From Thermovirgaceae bacterium (GTDB lineage: Bacteria > Synergistota > Synergistia > Synergistales > Thermovirgaceae): DNA of 17,226 nucleotides. The stretch spans positions 1 to 17,226 of the forward strand of contig JBKHBH010000040.1 of NCBI GenBank assembly GCA_046542505.1, in the 5' to 3' direction. This document shows, piece by piece, positions 15,560 to 17,226 of this stretch. The number at the start of each line of letters is the position of its first letter. Position 1 is the stretch's first letter. Under the pieces are notes generated by a model. It saw nothing but the letters and a program-made list of their open reading frames with translations. It had not been told where the DNA came from and ran no database searches. The translations under genes were made by a program, and so were the position numbers.

Positions 15560-16894
15560 TCACGCCATCTTCGAGGGCAGCCACAGGATGATCTGTGGAA
15601 AGGCAATGCATAGCGCCAGACAAATCACTATCAATATGATGAAAGGGATTACCCCGCGTATGATGTCCGTGGTCTCTATCCCCAGCCCCTTTGGCGCCGT
15701 GCCTTTCAGGAAGAATATGGCGTACGCGAAGGGCGGCGTCAAAAAGGACATCTGCAGGTTGATGCATATCATCAGGGCGAACCAGATGGGGTTGAATCCC
15801 ATCTCCACCGCCAGAGGGGTCACGATGGGAACAAAAAGCAGGACGATGCCGATCCAGTCGATAAACATCCCGAGGAAAAAGGCGATCACCATGATGATGG
15901 CGAAGGCCCCCCACCGCCCGCCCGGGGCGGCAAGGATGATGTCCCCGACAACCCCGCCGCACCCGGCCCGAAGAAACACGCCCACATAGGCGGTAGCCAT
16001 GGCGAGGATAAGATACACCATCCCGCTGAGCCGAATGGTGTCAACGGCTGCCCCCTTCAGTACTTCCCAGCTGAACTTGCGGTAGAGAATAGCCAGGGCC
16101 GTAGCGGCGAAAGCGCCCACGGCCGCCGCTTCAGTCGGGGCAGCGATACCGAAGAAAATGCTTCCCAGGACCGAAACGATGAGGATCACCGGGGGAAGCA
16201 GCGAGACGAAAAGCATGGAAAGCTTCCTCGAAAGGGGTATACCCTGAATTTCTTCCGGCGGTACAGCCGGGCCGGCATCCTTTTTGATCAGGCAATAGAT
16301 CACGATATATGCACAATACAAGAGAGAAAGCAGAAAACCCGGAAGAAAAGCCCCGAAGAAAAGCCGCCCCACGGAGACACCGGCAGCCGGACCGTACACC
16401 ACCAGCATGATGCTGGGCGGAATGAGGATGCCCAGCGTCCCGCCGGCGCAGACGGTGCCGCATGCCAGCGACTTGTCGTACCCGCGGGTGATCATGGGGC
16501 TAAGGGCAAGCAGGCTCAGGCAGGTGACGGAAGCCGCTATGACGCCCACGCAGGCCGCCAGAATCGTCCCGATCAGGATCGTGGCGATGGCCAGTCCTCC
16601 GCGCAACCTTCCAAGCCAGACGTACAGGGCTTCGAAAAGGGTTTCCGTGATCCCGGACCGTTCGAGCATGTTGCCCATGAAGGCAAAAAGCGGCACGGCC
16701 AACAGTGTGTAGTTCGTCAGCTGCGCGAATATGCGTCCGTAATAGAGTTCAAGGGTGCTTGGAAAGCCGAAAATCAGAGATCCTATGGCAAGTCCCATGG
16801 TCCCGATTCCCAGCGCGAAAGGGAAGCCGGTCAACACAGCCACAAAAACGCCGCCGAGCATTAAGACCGTCGCGAGTTCAGGCGTGATTGTCAT
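15560..16894 (-). CDS. dctM: TRAP transporter large permease
   Basis: LLAVPLF, GGTLGILIPPSI, TPPF motifs; highly hydrophobic; ATG 16894 overlaps the end of dctQ. Confidence 0.95.
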   Translation of the reverse strand: MTITPELATVLMLGGVFVAVLTGFPFALGIGTMGLAIGSLIFGFPSTLELYYGRIFAQLTNYTLLAVPLFAFMGNMLERSGITETLFEALYVWLGRLRGGLAIATILIGTILAACVGVIAASVTCLSLLALSPMITRGYDKSLACGTVCAGGTLGILIPPSIMLVVYGPAAGVSVGRLFFGAFLPGFLLSLLYCAYIVIYCLIKKDAGPAVPPEEIQGIPLSRKLSMLFVSLLPPVILIVSVLGSIFFGIAAPTEAAAVGAFAATALAILYRKFSWEVLKGAAVDTIRLSGMVYLILAMATAYVGVFLRAGCGGVVGDIILAAPGGRWGAFAIIMVIAFFLGMFIDWIGIVLLFVPIVTPLAVEMGFNPIWFALMICINLQMSFLTPPFAYAIFFLKGTAPKGLGIETTDIIRGVIPFIILIVICLALCIAFPQIILWLPSKMA

Positions 16895-17226
16895 AAGGCT
16901 CACCCTTTACGGCAAAATAGACGTCACGGATAAAAATCGCTGTTCCCTGAAGGAAAAAAAGCAAGAATCCCAAGAACAGGAGTATTCTCAAGGGGTACAG
17001 GGGTGGATAGATATAGGTTGCGGCGGATTTTTCATTGATGGAAATCGAAAAGAGCATCCAATCCCAGGAGGCTTTGACCAGACAACCGATCAGGGGGAAG
17101 AAGAACACCAGGGCACAAATGGAGTCCACCGTCGCTTTTGCCCGGTCGGACAGTCGATAGTAGAAAATATCCACGCGGGTATGGGCCTGGTGAAGGTGGA
17201 CGTATCCCCAGGAGAGGGCGTACATT
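16878..17226 (-). CDS. dctQ: TRAP transporter small permease (5' end outside window)
   Basis: HTRVDIFY motif and hydrophobic helices, directly upstream of dctM. Confidence 0.9.
   Translation of the reverse strand, partial: MYALSWGYVHLHQAHTRVDIFYYRLSDRAKATVDSICALVFFFPLIGCLVKASWDWMLFSISINEKSAATYIYPPLYPLRILLFLGFLLFFLQGTAIFIRDVYFAVKGEPYDNHA

Overview
GC-rich bacterial chromosomal window of metabolic and accessory genes. Gene content suggests an anaerobic amino-acid fermenter such as Synergistota (inference only). Left to right: a secreted class C beta-lactamase-family serine hydrolase (partial, absent from the ORF track), a 69-aa membrane protein, a membrane GGDEF diguanylate cyclase, a structured non-coding element, an M20D amidohydrolase plus uncharacterised transporter operon, a DPS-like ferritin, a DUF255/SagB-type nitroreductase/MBL-rhodanese cluster, and a TRAP (dctQMP)-DUF1537 kinase-PdxA2-Fe-ADH catabolic operon. 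The main find is an unannotated, complete ribosome-mediated transcription attenuator upstream of the transporter-amidohydrolase operon. It has a sigma70 promoter, a strong SD, a 29-aa leader peptide with a W-F-C-F-Y-Y-Y control run, and mutually exclusive antiterminator and terminator hairpins. It probably senses Trp, Phe and Tyr, which hints at the substrate of the orphan transporter and hydrolase. No rRNA, tRNA, CRISPR array or mobile element was seen.
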